Shown: one piece after another, positions 1 to 41,412 of the stretch
Numbering within the stretch: the stretch's first letter is position 1
Layout of the letters: every line of letters begins with the position of its first letter
Origin: the human T2T-CHM13v2.0 reference genome, Homo sapiens
Strand: one strand, 5' to 3'
Length of the DNA stretch: 64,000 nt
Assembly (NCBI RefSeq): GCF_009914755.1
Contig: NC_060929.1
Program-made: the position numbers and the translations under genes
Notes under the pieces: generated by a model
Databases searched by the model: none
The model's input: only the letters and a program-made list of their open reading frames with translations
What the model was told of the DNA's origin: nothing

Positions 1-163
1 GTTGAGGCAGGAGGATTCCTTGAGCCCAGGAGGCCGAGGCTGCAGTGAACAGTGATCTCACCGCTGCACCAGCCTGGTCTCCAGTGAGACCCTGTCTTAA
101 AAAGGAAGGGAAGGAGAGGAAAGAGAGAGAGAGAAAGAAAATTGTAGACTAATTTCATTTCAT

Positions 164-2032
<1,869 letters not shown>

Positions 2033-2259
2033 CTTCCTCTCTTTGGCATTATTATACTGTAGTTATTCTAGGCTCTTTTAGTACTTTTCCATGTGTTTTT
2101 CAATTTTTCTTCTTTCTAATAAATGATTTAGGCTATAAATGCTCTGAAAACCACTTGGGCTGTGTAGCAGTTTTCCTATGTAGCACATTCTCTCATTCAT
2201 TTCTGAACAGCCTGTGGATCTCCTTTAGAACTGATTGTATTTTAGTGACATAAGGATAA

Positions 2260-5886
<3,627 letters not shown>

Positions 5887-5927
5887 ATATAGACTAATTG
5901 ATATCTGAGACTTACTATAAAGGGTAT

Positions 5928-6462
5928 TGTGTCTGGTGTTGGTTCCTTCTGGTGGGTTCGTGGTCTCCCTGACTTCAAGATAAAGCCACAGACCCTCGCG
6001 GTGAGTGTTACAGCTCTTAAAGGTGGCACAGACCCAAAGAGTAAGCAGCATCAAGATTTATTGTGAAGAGTAAAAGAACAAAGCTCCTACAGCATGAAAG
6101 GGGACCCAAGCAGGTTGCCGCTGCTGCCTGGGGTGGCCAGCTTTTATTCCCTTATTTGTCCCTGCCCACGTCCTGCTGATTGGTCCATTTAACAGAGTGC
6201 TGATTGCTCCATTTTACAGAGTGCTGATTGCTGCATTTACAATCCTTTAGTTAGACACAGAGTGCTGATTGGTGCATTTACAATCCTTTAGCTAGACCTA
6301 GAGCACTCATTGGTGTGTTTTTACAGAGTGCTGATTCGTGCATTTACAATTCTTTAGCTAGACACAGAGTGCTGATTGTGTGTTTTTAAAATCCTCTTGC
6401 AAGACAGAAAAGTTCTCCAAGTCCCCACTCGACCCAGGAAGTCCAGCTGACTTCACCTCTCA
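5928..6462 (-). mobile_element. Solo LTR12-family (ERV9) LTR, short subtype, antisense in EFCAB9 intron 1
   Basis: On - it begins TGAGAGGTGAAG and ends CCAGACACA; tandem (C)CAATCAGCACTCTG repeats; AATAAAAG box 6141-6148; poly(A) signal 6057-6062; 4-bp flanks GTAT/GCAT. Confidence 0.9.
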
Positions 6463-6530
6463 GCATGATGCCACTTTCTCTGTAGGGTTGTCAGGATTTA
6501 GTGAAATGTGGCATTTAAAGTGCCTAACAT

Positions 6531-7217
<687 letters not shown>

Positions 7218-7625
7218 GAAGGGGAATGATTTTGTATTCCTCATTTTAATTATCTCAAGGGAAAGGCAAAGGAAAAATGTCAGCATCTCCAAGAAAGTGT
7301 TCTCAGTCCCCAGTGAGAATTAAGCTCTCCTTTCATACATAAGGAGCACTTTGTGCCCATTTTATATGTTAGCGCCTTGCCTTTTATCAGTGCTGTGTAC
7401 ATATCTGTCTGCTCCATGGAGTGTGTGAGCTGGGGGCAGGAGCCAAGCCCTGTCCACGATCTCATTCTCCACAACTCCAGGTCCAGTGCTTTTCCACAAG
7501 CTCAAGGGCGACGAAGGTTTCAGGAACTATAGAAAGTACAGTGGCAAAGCCAGAAACAAAATATTATCATCATTCTTCCTAGATCAATAAGCTTCCAACA
7601 TCACTACCATTTACATGGCTTCTAG

Positions 7626-7886
<261 letters not shown>

Positions 7887-8869
7887 TAGGAATGCATCAG
7901 AAGTTTTCCTCCTTTCACTAAAAAGAGGAAGAAAAGATGGGTGGTGGGGAAAATGAGTTTTGGTTCCCGAATGGTTCAGGTTTTTCAACAGCTTCTCCCT
8001 GAGGCAGCCCCAGCCTCTTGGCCGCCCTCCTACTCTGCCCACCCTCGTAAAGGACAGATGTGGCCCATCGCATCCCTTCTTGGCATTCCTTTCCTCACTT
8101 GCTCTAGCTGGTGATTTTCAGAGAATCACCAGTTAGCTCAAATGCCTCACTCCTTCAATGATCCTTTTTCTCAGAGAACCTTCTGAGGTCTTTTCTTACC
8201 GTATATACATTTCCAGTATGTACTTACCCAGTTTCCTTTTTTTTTTTTTTTTTTTTTTGAGACTGAGTCTCAATCTGTGGCCCAGGCTGGAGTGCAATGG
8301 CGCGATCTCAGCTCACTGCAACCTCCACCATCTGGGTTCAATAGATCAAGTAGCTGGGACTACAGGTGCACACCCCCACACCTGGCTAATTTCTGTATTT
8401 TTAGTAGAGATGGGGTTTCACCATGTTGGCCAGGCTGGTCTCAAACTCCTGACCTCAAGTGATCCACCCACCTCAAGCCTCCCAAAGTGCTGGGATTATA
8501 GGTGTGAGCCACCACACCCCGCCTCAGTTCCCATTTTTTTGAGGGAAGGAGGTCATCGTTTTATCACCCACGCCATGATGTTTCACAAGACTTTCACTGA
8601 AGGTAAGGAAATGCATTATAGTAACTAGGGTTCCGTCTAGCAGAATTGATTATTACAAGAGGCAGAATTCAAGTTCCTTTTGAATGCAGACGCTGAAGTG
8701 GGACTTGCTGCATTTGCTGATAGAACCCTTTCAGCCCTGAGCTTCTGATTTTCTCTTTTGCTTTTAGCTCTCTAGGGAAGGGGCTGGTGAAGATATGTCT
8801 TGAGGAAACAAGTTTAGAAAGCAGCATCGACAACACTGTTGCTCATCTCACCTATTTCTCTCGCAATAG

Positions 8870-9121
<252 letters not shown>

Positions 9122-9254
9122 TAGGAGAGATGGGAGAGGAGGAGGGAGGGAAAAACCTACTCAAATAAGCACATTGCATGGCACAAGGATCAGAAAAAAA
9201 CTTAAGAGACTTATGGGATCTTGAAGAGAAAGGGTGGACTAACTGCTGTATCAT

Positions 9255-11304
<2,050 letters not shown>

Positions 11305-11473
11305 GTGGCCCTTGTTCCTTTAGCATCTACAATAGACTCTCTATTCCTGGGTACTCGACTACAATCGGACTATAATTATGTCCCAATTACTGAGTGTCTT
11401 TAATTTTCCAAGTTTTTAAAATAGAAATGAATATAATCCTATCATCTGAAACAAAGTATGAAGTTTTTCCTGA

Positions 11474-11638
<165 letters not shown>

Positions 11639-11722
11639 ATACAAGCTGAAAGAGTCTTGGAAAAAAATGGGATCTGAAAGTACAGAACATGAACATTGAT
11701 GAAGACTGTTAACATGTCTAAA

Positions 11723-11728
11723 AATAAA
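11723..11728 (+). terminator. EFCAB9: EFCAB9 polyadenylation signal AATAAA
   Basis: Canonical hexamer 85 nt after the stop; U-rich tract (tail of an antisense Alu) about 35 nt downstream. Confidence 0.8.
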
Positions 11729-11762
11729 TTCAGAGCATCAAAGTAGATATCTTTATAATGAC

Positions 11763-14693
<2,931 letters not shown>

Positions 14694-15328
14694 CAACTAT
14701 CAGATTTTTAAAATGTTCTTCCTTTTAAGAGCATTTTCCTAAACTGGATGCTTCTAGAGTGGTATCGGGAAACTGAGCATCTCTCTGAATATCTCACACT
14801 GAAACTTAGTGTCAAAAAGGAAATTTAAACGCACCACTTCAGTGACATTCTTTTGGGACTTAGTAGTACAATTTATAAAACAATCTACTAATGTACACTT
14901 TAGGACTTTTTCACAATTACATTTTATGACAACAAATTTTAAATGTGTTTGTAGGTATGTGTGGAGATGCTTCAACTTAAGTTTCACTATTTCCACAGTG
15001 AATTCACCCATCAGATTGTGCTTTTAAGGGTAGAGTTTATTAGACAATGTACATTTAGGTATGTTTTTGGATGGTACCAACCCTCTGTATTATTACTAAG
15101 TCATAGTTGCATTAAAATGTTTTGGTCAACCAAGTGTGTTCAGGTGGCCTGTGCCCTGGGAAGAGAGCAGCACCTGCAGAGGTAGGGGAATGCAGGCCTG
15201 ATGGGAGGGAGGGCTGACCCAGCTACAGTTTCAGCCCAGGCCCAGACTGGTTCCTCCATAATCTATATCCGCTACAAAGAGGGAAGACATTTGGAGGAAG
15301 CTAACTATAAATCAAGTGAGATCATTTA

Positions 15329-15419
15329 TTAGGTTGGTGCAAAGGGAACTGTTTTTGCCACTGGCATTAAAAGCATTAAACGCAATGGCAAAACTGCAAT
15401 CCCCTTTGCACCAACTCAA
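15329..15419. mobile_element. MADE1-like palindromic MITE
   Basis: TTAGGTTGGTGCAAAGGG...TTTTGCCA / TGGCAAAA...CCCTTTGCACCAAC, preceded by TA. Confidence 0.85.
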
Positions 15420-15689
15420 CATCTTCCACCAGTTCTTAGAGTTCATGTCTTATCATCTTAAGCCTCATACCAAAGACAATGATTAGAAAGAGCCAAATGA
15501 ACTGTGCTGACATCTGCTGAGTGGGACAGTTATCCACCTTAGCAGCCTACAGAACGTGGAGCATCAGAGGAGCCACAAGAAACCCAAACAGACATCACAG
15601 AAGATTGGCTATAGCAAGGGAGGTTATCAGCTTCATTCTTTCCTCTCCATAAGTGAAAATACTAAATTACAGTATTTGAGAGTTGGAGG

Positions 15690-17040
15690 TAGACATAATG
15701 TATATCTGCTAATTTGTCCAATTGATAAGAAAAGACCATTAAAAAACTATAGTGTCTTAAAAACTTGTCATAAAATAAGGATTTTTTCACATCAATGGGG
15801 AAAAGATAGATAAAAGTTATTCAGTAAGTATTATCAGGAAAAGTGGGGTAGCTATTTGGAAAAATAAATGTGGATTGCTACCCTACTTCTTTCACCAAAA
15901 TAAATTTCATATAACAATGAAACCAAAAAGGAAACACACAAGAAACATTTTTGTAACCTCGGATTGGGGAAACATTTTTATAACCTCAAATTGGGGAAGA
16001 TCGTTTGAGGTTAAGAAAAAAACTCAGAAACTGTAAAATAAGAGACTGACAGATCTGACCAGGAAAAACTTAAAATCTGCACATGGTAAATTCCACCCAA
16101 ACAAAAGAAATGACAACACATGATAGAAAAGAACCAATTTCCTCAATAAAGGACAGGTACTCACAAGTCTTGACAGTAAAGACCAACATGCGATAGGAAT
16201 ATGGGCAAATAGAACATTCACAGAAAAAAAAAATGGCCTTAAAATATAGTAAAATGTTAAACTTTGCTCATAAGGAAAATACAAAGCAAAACCACAGGTC
16301 AAAGTTTTTACTTATCAGATTGTCAAAGATCAGAAAGGCGGTCAGGGTGTAGGAAAATTAAAGCAGTCATATTGCTGTAGTATAAGGATTAATTGGTAAA
16401 ATCGCTTTGGAAGACATGTCACATAAATCTATAGAATGCAATTCCTCCATCTATGTATACAAAGATCTTACCTATATAAAAGGAAACTCATTGCAGCATG
16501 GTTCACAGTAGCAAAAAACTAGGAACAGCAAAGCCGACCAGAATAGAGACTGATGTAACTGTGGTATGCCCAGACCATGGAGTACCACTGCACCTATGAA
16601 GAGGAAGGATGCAGATCTAGATCTATGTATGCGGAATGATTTCTGAGGTTTACCATTTTAGAAAAATCAAAGGTGCAGAATAGTATATGTATTTATGGAA
16701 AAAAATGAGGTGGAGTGAATATACCCATATACACTAAAAGAGTGGTTTTTGAGTGTGTCTCCCAGATCAGCAGAAGCAGCACAACCCGGGACCTTTTAAG
16801 CATGCAAGTTATAGGGCAACATTCAGATCTACTGACTCAGAACGTCTGAGGAAAGGGTCAAGCAATCTGTTTTAATAACCTTTCAGGTGATTCTGATGCA
16901 TGCTCAAGTTTAAAGATACACAGAAAATGGTCAAAGTTGTTGCCTCTGGGGAGGAGAAACAGAAGAGCGACAGGAGTGAAAGACTCTTTTTGCTTTGATA
17001 TATCTGGATTCTTTTACCATGGGTGTGTATTGCCTACTTC
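15690..17040 (+). mobile_element. Degraded L1M(E)-type ORF2/3' end containing a MER5A-like insertion (~16738-16915)
   Basis: Diverged L1 motifs (TGGGCAAATAGAACATTCACAG, CATTGCAGCATGGTT..TAGCAAAAAACTAGGAAC); MER5A motif CAGGTGATTCTGATGCATGCTCAAGTTT. Confidence 0.65.
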
Positions 17041-17079
17041 ATAAAGTTATGAAGTATCACCTGCTTTACATGAAATTTA

Positions 17080-17704
17080 CCCAGGCTGGAATAAAACAGC
17101 ATGATCATGGGTCATTGCAGCCTTGACATCCCAGCTCAAGTGATCCTCCCAACTCAGCCTCCCAAGTAGCTGGGACTACAGGCATGCTCTATCACGCGTG
17201 GCCAATTTTTTAATTTTTAGTAGAGATGCGGTCTCCTCTATGCTGCCCAGGCTGGGTCTTGAACTCCTGAGCCCAAGCAGTCCTCCCGTCTTGGCCATCC
17301 AAAGTGCTGGGATTACAGGCATGAGCCACGGCACCTGGCCAGCATGATTCTTAAAAAACAAAAAGAAAAACAAAAACACAGCCGGGCGTGGTGGCTCACG
17401 CCTGTAATCCCAGCACTTTGGGAGGCCGAGGCGGACAGATCACGAGATCAGGAGATTGAGACCATCCTGGTTAACACAGTGAAATCCCGTCTCTACTAAA
17501 AATACAAAAAAATTAGCCGGGCGTGGTGGTGGGCGCCTGTAGTCCCAGCTACTCGGGAGGCTGAGTTCACGCAGGAGAATGGCGTGAACCCGGGAAGTGG
17601 AGCTTGCAGTGAGCTGAGATCATGCCACAGCACTCCAGCCTGGGCGACAGAGCAAGACTCCGTCTCAAAACAAAACAAAACAAAACAAACAACAAAAAAA
17701 AAAA
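17080..17704. mobile_element. Head-to-head inverted Alu pair (- ~17080-17341, + ~17381-17704)
   Basis: Alu consensus in opposite orientations about 40 nt apart. Confidence 0.92.
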
Positions 17705-17939
17705 CCCACAACAACCTATTTTAGACCAAGATTTCAGTGCAGAAGATGAAGCACATTTATAAATTACCATGTATGACTTGGCATAGCAGAGCCTAAGTTT
17801 GGTGATAATGAACCTGTTATTTACTGAGCAGAGGTTTTAAAAAGGAGGAAAACCTTCATAATTCTCACTTAGAATGAGGCAATTACCCTTATAGAGAGTA
17901 AAAACAATTAGAAACCAATAATAAAGGCAAAGACAAAGA

Positions 17940-20120
17940 GAAAAATTGAACCTTTTTTTTTTTTTTAAAAAAAGCACATAAACCCTACATACTAAAATTA
18001 TACACATCAAGTACTGGTCCAATCTTATATCAATCTATTTACAATTAAACAGCACCATGGTTTTCCCACCTAGGTTAGTTAAACATGCCCAGAGAATTGT
18101 TATTCAAAGCATATGTTCCTTTAAAATAAAATAAACTCTTAAAAAGAGAGCTCAAATCCTCAACAAAGAAAGACCTTTTACCAATCGATATCATAGATAT
18201 TGATGACATCACCAAATCTGCTTAAGAAAAAAACAGTTTTAAACACTTTTTTCCAGTTGACAAACTTTGAGAAGTGCTGCTATTCGATGTGGCACACAAA
18301 TGAACAAAAACTTTGATGACAGGAGCAATATACTGATTTACCCTAATATCTCCACCTCTAAACATAAAAAAAATCTCCTTTGGGATTAATGCTGTGGTCT
18401 TCACTTGAATTTAGATTCAATCATCAGCAAATTTAAATTAGATATAGCCACAATCTTTAAAATGATTGCATAAAAATAAGGAAGTAGTTAAAGCTCTCAG
18501 AAACATGATGTTACAATTACAGATATATTTAATCAGGCAATAGGAAATTCAATACCATTTAAACATTACATTTAAACTAATTAGCAGTTTCATTTTGTCA
18601 TTAAAATTAATAATGCACTTCACATCCAAACAGGTGTGGAGGGCTGACATTTTCCAACTGAGAACAGCGTTAAGTGCCTTCTTGTCTGTACTTTTCCATC
18701 TCATGGATTCTCAGGGGCACAGTGGTCACATGTTAGCCCCCCTTCTCACTTATGGAACCAACTTTTAAAAGGCTCCAAATTCAACCTAACTCTTGGCAGC
18801 TTTACTCCAGTCATAGTATAGAAGAATCAGGTTATCTCCCTGGATTTTTCAGTCCCCTAATCTAACTTGCAAAAGGCTCTTAATTTGCTTCTTTGCTACA
18901 AAAGATGAGGGAGGAAAATTGTCATCTACCATGACTAGAGGTAACAGTGAACTGGAAAGCACTAAGGTATAAAGCAATGTTTCATTATTTGGTCTCACTG
19001 CTAATGTTTATGTGACACCAGTAAACCTTTCACACTTAAAAATTTTGAGTTGAAATTTCCTCTAAAAGACTGAAAATAGGCACAGTTCTCCCAGGCACAG
19101 ATAAAATAGGCTTTCCTTACACCCCTCCATGCAAAGTGGAGGAAATCATTTACTTTATTAACTTGAGTGGGAACAGCTATAATTGATTTTGGTGTCTCCT
19201 GACCCAGGAACCATGCATTTGGGGGTTATACTTAGCTATGAAAAGTTCCAAGCAGAATAGATAGATCAATGAAGGTACTATATAGTAGTGACCTTCTAAG
19301 CCTGGATATAAAAATGGCTTCGTTATACAGACCTTTCAAAATACTTATGCAGCAAGATGACAGCGACTTTTCAACTGAGTATCTGTTGAAACTCAAGAGA
19401 CCTGACTGTATTGATGAAATTATTGCCTAGTGTTCCAGAAGGGTGCCTGCCACTAATGTGCTGGAAGGCACCAAAATTTAGTGTGAATGTAAATAAGGAG
19501 CTCAAGATGTGGGGATGAGGAAAGCAACACTAAAGCACAATTTGCCAGTCTCTACTCATTTATGGCTAAATATTAATTGAGCTAAGAATAAAAAACCAGA
19601 ATAGAAGCAACCTCAAATACTGCTCTTTTCAGTTTCCATTAACCAAAACAAAACAAAACAAAACAAAACAAAACAAAACAAAAAGGTTAAGTTTTATATC
19701 CATTATTTATGGTTTCTGGAAATTATATAATTTGATATATTTTTCTAAAAAAATTCTGTATTCAAAAAGGTGCTTGGTGCTGTCCTTCATGGATGCAATG
19801 TTTCATTTACAGTCCAAGTCACTGAAATATAGCCATTACATAGTTGTTGAGTGTTCTAAAATAAATGGTTATCTATTTCTTAACTGCCTTTCAAATTAGA
19901 AATTGTAATTACATGAGTCTCAAAGCCTGGCTCTTTGTGTTTTATTATTTTTGTTGGTCTCCATCACAGATGGAATTTTTCACTGGTAATTCCTCAGAAC
20001 TAAATCCATTCATAGGGAATTTAGAGCAGTGAAATAGATTTCACGCCGCAGAGTAGGAAATGACAACAAGAACCATAAAAAGGAGCAGAGGGATGTGGGA
20101 GCTGGCCAACAGGGCTCAGT
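17940..20120 (-). other. UBTD2: UBTD2 3' UTR (distal end approximate)
   Basis: About 2.2 kb of AT-rich sequence free of interspersed repeats after the stop; U/GU-rich tract on - near 17915-17945; AATAAA on - at 19941 and 19154, ATTAAA at 18528. Confidence 0.7.
19644..19683 (+). repeat. (CAAAA)8 pentanucleotide repeat, (UUUUG)8 in UBTD2 mRNA
   Basis: Directly visible. Confidence 0.95.
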
Positions 20121-20518
20121 TCAGTTCTCCACTGGTGTTGGGTTCTGCACAGGTTGGCTCACTATAACCTGTACAACATAGTCCTTTGGGATCTTCAGCT
20201 CTTCGAACTTCATTTTGTCAGTGAGAGGTCTGCCAGAAAAAAACCACCGCTGACTACCTGGTTCCACTCCCTCTGCTGCATGCAACCGTCTCTTCATGTG
20301 GAATACTGTGTCTGTGCTGCGAACCACAAGCTTGAGGTCTTTGCCTGTGGAAAGGCGCAAACGAAGCTGACATTCATATCCAGAATTGGGTGGTGGCTCA
20401 GGAATATCCAGAGTCTCTATGTCGCTCTTTTCCTCTATCATGTTGATTGGCGGTGCCAAGCAATACACTGGAAGCTGATATCTGTTCCCCAGTTCATCGT
20501 AGCACTCTGTAAGTGCAC
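20121..20518 (-). CDS. UBTD2: Ubiquitin domain-containing protein 2 (DC-UbP), terminal coding exon with the C-terminal ubiquitin-like domain
   Basis: Acceptor TCTTCTCTTTCTGAAG; (G)[23 protein letters not shown]...[13 protein letters not shown]...[12 protein letters not shown]...[21 protein letters not shown] 20121-20123; 398 nt, phase 1. Confidence 0.96.
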
Positions 20519-20899
20519 CTTCAGAAAGAGAAGATATGAATAAGAACTTAATCCTTAATGAATGCATTTTTGTTTATGCCTCACAAAATGCTTAAGCTTC
20601 TCTTGCTAGCATGGCACTGTAGAGAAAAAACATCACTCTCAGCTGATCATCAATGATTATCAAATCCCATGCCCAATTATTTGAGTATTTAATTTTATAT
20701 GAACCAGAATGCTAGGTCCTTACGCTTATGCTCTTCTAAGTTATTTCATATCCTTTTCACAATTTCATTAAAATGGCATACAACTCAAATGTACTACTAA
20801 TATTATTAATGCTTACACAAGACGTAGAGAACATTTAAATTACATTAGGATATCTTTTACAGAAATGAATCCGCTACCTTAAACAAGCAAGCAAATTAA

Positions 20900-22375
<1,476 letters not shown>

Positions 22376-23129
22376 AAAAGCATAACTTAATGAATGTTTT
22401 AAGGTTATACGTAACATATCGTTTCCCCAAACTAGAATATGGTATCAGCTTATTATAAATTTGGATAAAAAACCAAAATGTCTACCAAATCCAGAGCACT
22501 GAAAAATGGTTATCAATGAACAAATGAGTTAATGAACCGGTATTTGTGTTTAATGTCAATAGGATGAAAATATAAAGCACCTGAAATGAGTCTGGAATGG
22601 TCATCAACCCACCACAGGTCCAATCTGGTCTGCCTTCTAAGTTACATAAGATGGGCTGGGGTGATAGCTTAGTTGGAAAGCAGAACACACGTGAATCTTC
22701 CCTCTTCTCTGTTTAGCCTCTGTGTATTCACTAATACTATTGTAGAAATGGATCTACTTCAAGCACAGTTGTGATCACTAGCAGTCCCTATACCAGTAAC
22801 TTCACACTGCCCTTTCCCTTCTGCCCTTCATCCCAGTGAGTCAGGGTTTAGTTTTCAAATCTCTAAAAGGTGAGAGAGAAAAACTCCATGAAGAGTTACA
22901 GCTGGATGGTGTATATTCTTACTCATGCTCTGCCAGTGCTCAATCCATAATGCTGGAAGTAAGCTATTTAGATGGTTACAGAAGCTCCCGTATTTCAGTA
23001 TTTTTAGAAACAGTAATTTGTTTTTTATTTAATATGGAATTTTCTAGTTTATTCTTTTCGGCACTTCTTTCTACAAAATTATAATCTGAGTTGTAAATAT
23101 GCTCTAGTTTTACATTAAACTAAAAATCA

Positions 23130-30320
<7,191 letters not shown>

Positions 30321-30659
30321 AAAAATCCATATCATTTACTCAAATACTATTTGATTTCATTTTAAGTCTATAGGTTTATGGGTTACGCTCTTCCTGAATT
30401 AAATATCTGGGATCACAAAATATCAATAAAAGTAATATTTTACATTGTAGTCCATAACTGACTATTACTGCAGAATTACCTATTCAGAGCAGACTGGCCC
30501 CTTTGTGGCCTAGACTCTTGAACAACATAATCCCAATCCTCCACTATTTAATGGCCCCAAATCTCTACTAAAGACAAAGCTGCACTGATAGTAGTGGTTT
30601 CTACCACACAACCTCTTTAGGACCTAACAAGGATCAATAGGAAACAATTCTTACATTCT

Positions 30660-32090
<1,431 letters not shown>

Positions 32091-32422
32091 AATGTATAGG
32101 AGGTACAGGGATTGGTTCTCAGATTAGTTAATGAGAAGGAGAAAATGTACTTGGAAGAGAACAAAAGACAGAGGACAAATACAAGGGATAAAAAGTTGAG
32201 AAATGAATCACAAGGAGCAAGAAACCAACAGTGCCCAGTGGAGCCCAACAACATATTTGCTGATGATGCCTACGACAGCTTAAAGAAGGAAATGGAAGAT
32301 GAGCCCAAGTTGGTCCAAAGGAAATGGTGGTGACTGAGAGAAGTTTCAGTGGTATGAGACTGTCTCATCTACAGTATTTGAGAGGAGTGTGTGAAAAAAA
32401 TGAGGCAACAGAAGATAGATGG

Positions 32423-33114
32423 TGATATGGTTTGGCTGTTCCCACCCAAATCTCGTCTTGAATTGCAATCCCCATAAACCCCACGTACCTAGGGAGAGGC
32501 CTGGTGGGAGGTGACTGGATCACAGGGGCGGCTTCCCCCAAGCTCTTCTCATAATAATGAGTTCTCATGAGATCTGATGTTTTTCATTTCTTTTTTTTTT
32601 TTTTTTTTTGAGACAGAATCTCACCCTGTCGCCCAGGCTGGAGTGAGGTGGCACAATCTCAGCTCACTGAAACCTCCACCTCCCACGTTCAAGCAATTCT
32701 CAGCCTCAGGCTCCTGAGATTACAGGTATGCACGACCATGCCTGGCTAATTTTTGTACTTTTAGTAGAGATGGGATTTCCCCATGTTGGCCAGGCTAGTC
32801 TCAAACTCCTGACTTCAAGTGACCTGCCTGTCTCTGCCTCTCAAAGTGCTGGGATTACAGGCATGAGCCACTGTGCCCGGCCAAGATCTGATGGTTTTAT
32901 AAGGGACTCTTCCCGCTCTGCTCCTCACTCTTCTCTCTCCTGCTGCCATGTGGAGGCCTTGCTTCCCCTTTGGGGCCTTGCTTCCCCATCATGATTGTAA
33001 GTTTCCTAAGGCCCCCTCAGCCCTGTGGAACTGTGAGTCAATTAAACCTCTTTTCTTTGTAAATTACCTAGTCTCCGGCAGTTCTTTACAGCAGTGTGAA
33101 AACAGACTAATACA
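32423..33114 (+). mobile_element. Solo MaLR LTR (THE1D/MSTA-type) interrupted by a - Alu (~32590-32882)
   Basis: Starts TGATATGGTTTGGCTG, ends GAAAACAGACTAATACA; Alu flanked by duplicated AGATCTGATG(T/G)TTTT. Confidence 0.88.
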
Positions 33115-34226
33115 GAGAGGTTTGCTTAAAGAAACCCAGTATGTTTAAAGACAAAAGGGAAGGAACACTCTAAAAGTTGACAATACAGGGATTTTTCTAT
33201 TTTTCCAAAATCACTTTTAGCTACATTTACAAAATTTACAAAAAATTTTACAAAACGTTTTAATTACCACCCACTGGCCACCAAGGGTGCAGTTCATTTA
33301 GCAATTACTAGTTTTAACATAGTTCTAGCCAGGATTGCTCAGATTGCTCACCTAACATCCTCTGTGGAAGGACAGGTTTTTTTTTTTTCTTCTCACAAAC
33401 CTATTGTTGGCTTCATGTCCTAGCAGAGACAGATGGCCACCAGGCTAAATAAGTGCCAGGGCATCATTTCCCCAGGCCAGGAAGCCCTGAAAGCTCCTCA
33501 TGGTAGGAAGAAAGCTGCCAAGTCTCCACCTTCTGTTCTGATTTCATACATAATTTTCTGAAGTTGTTTCTATTTATCTTTTATCTAGATGATTGGCTCA
33601 GATGTTTCTGTTTTCCTTGGTCAACTGTTTTCTTCTATGATTATTTTAAATTATGCCTCAAAATATTCCACTAGAAAATAAGAACGATAAAACTAAATTA
33701 GCTGACAAATAATACCTTTACTAAATGTCATTAGGACTAATGCTTTATACTGTTTTTCAAGCACTCTTTCAGGTTAGAAAGAAAGATGTATTTTTCAGCA
33801 TTTAAAGGCCTCACTGTTTATCCCTCTGTGCTCTCACTCCCTTAAGACTGCAGCTCAGTGTTAAAAATTTTTACCACGTGAGACTTGCATCACTACATGA
33901 ACAGGTTTGTAAAAGTTAAAAATCAGTGTTGGCAAGGGTGTGGAAATGTTTGTTATCTTGACTGTGGGGAGTTTTACATACATGTCAAAGCTGATCAAAT
34001 TGTCCACTTTAAACATGCTGTTTAGTGTACTTAATAAAGTTGACAAACTTAATATTTAGATCACATTGGCAATCTGGTACAGAAAACCATCCTCCCAAAA
34101 TGAAAGAAAGGGGCAATGTTCTAGAACTCCAAGGTTTTTGTAGCACTATGAGCCTCTTCCAAAGCCTGTAGGAATAAATGTCTTTGCTCCTGACTTCTCT
34201 TTTCTGAGTCAGAAGGCTTAAACTCT

Positions 34227-41412
<7,186 letters not shown>

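Noticed and set aside
6170-6385. Regularly spaced repeats with a superficial CRISPR-like look
   Set aside because: They are the internal CCAAT-bearing tandem repeats of LTR12, lack unique spacers, and the context is eukaryotic
15942-16000. Imperfect ~28-nt direct repeat (AACATTTTT.TAACCTC..ATTGGGGAA)
   Set aside because: Two copies only, inside decayed L1; not an array
20154-20543. 129-aa ORF antisense to the UBTD2 terminal exon
   Set aside because: Shadow ORF of a real coding exon, non-ATG start, no recognisable domain
22652-22700. tRNA D-arm/A-box-like TAGCTTAGTTGGAAAGC
   Set aside because: No B-box or T-arm and no acceptor stem; at most a decayed SINE head
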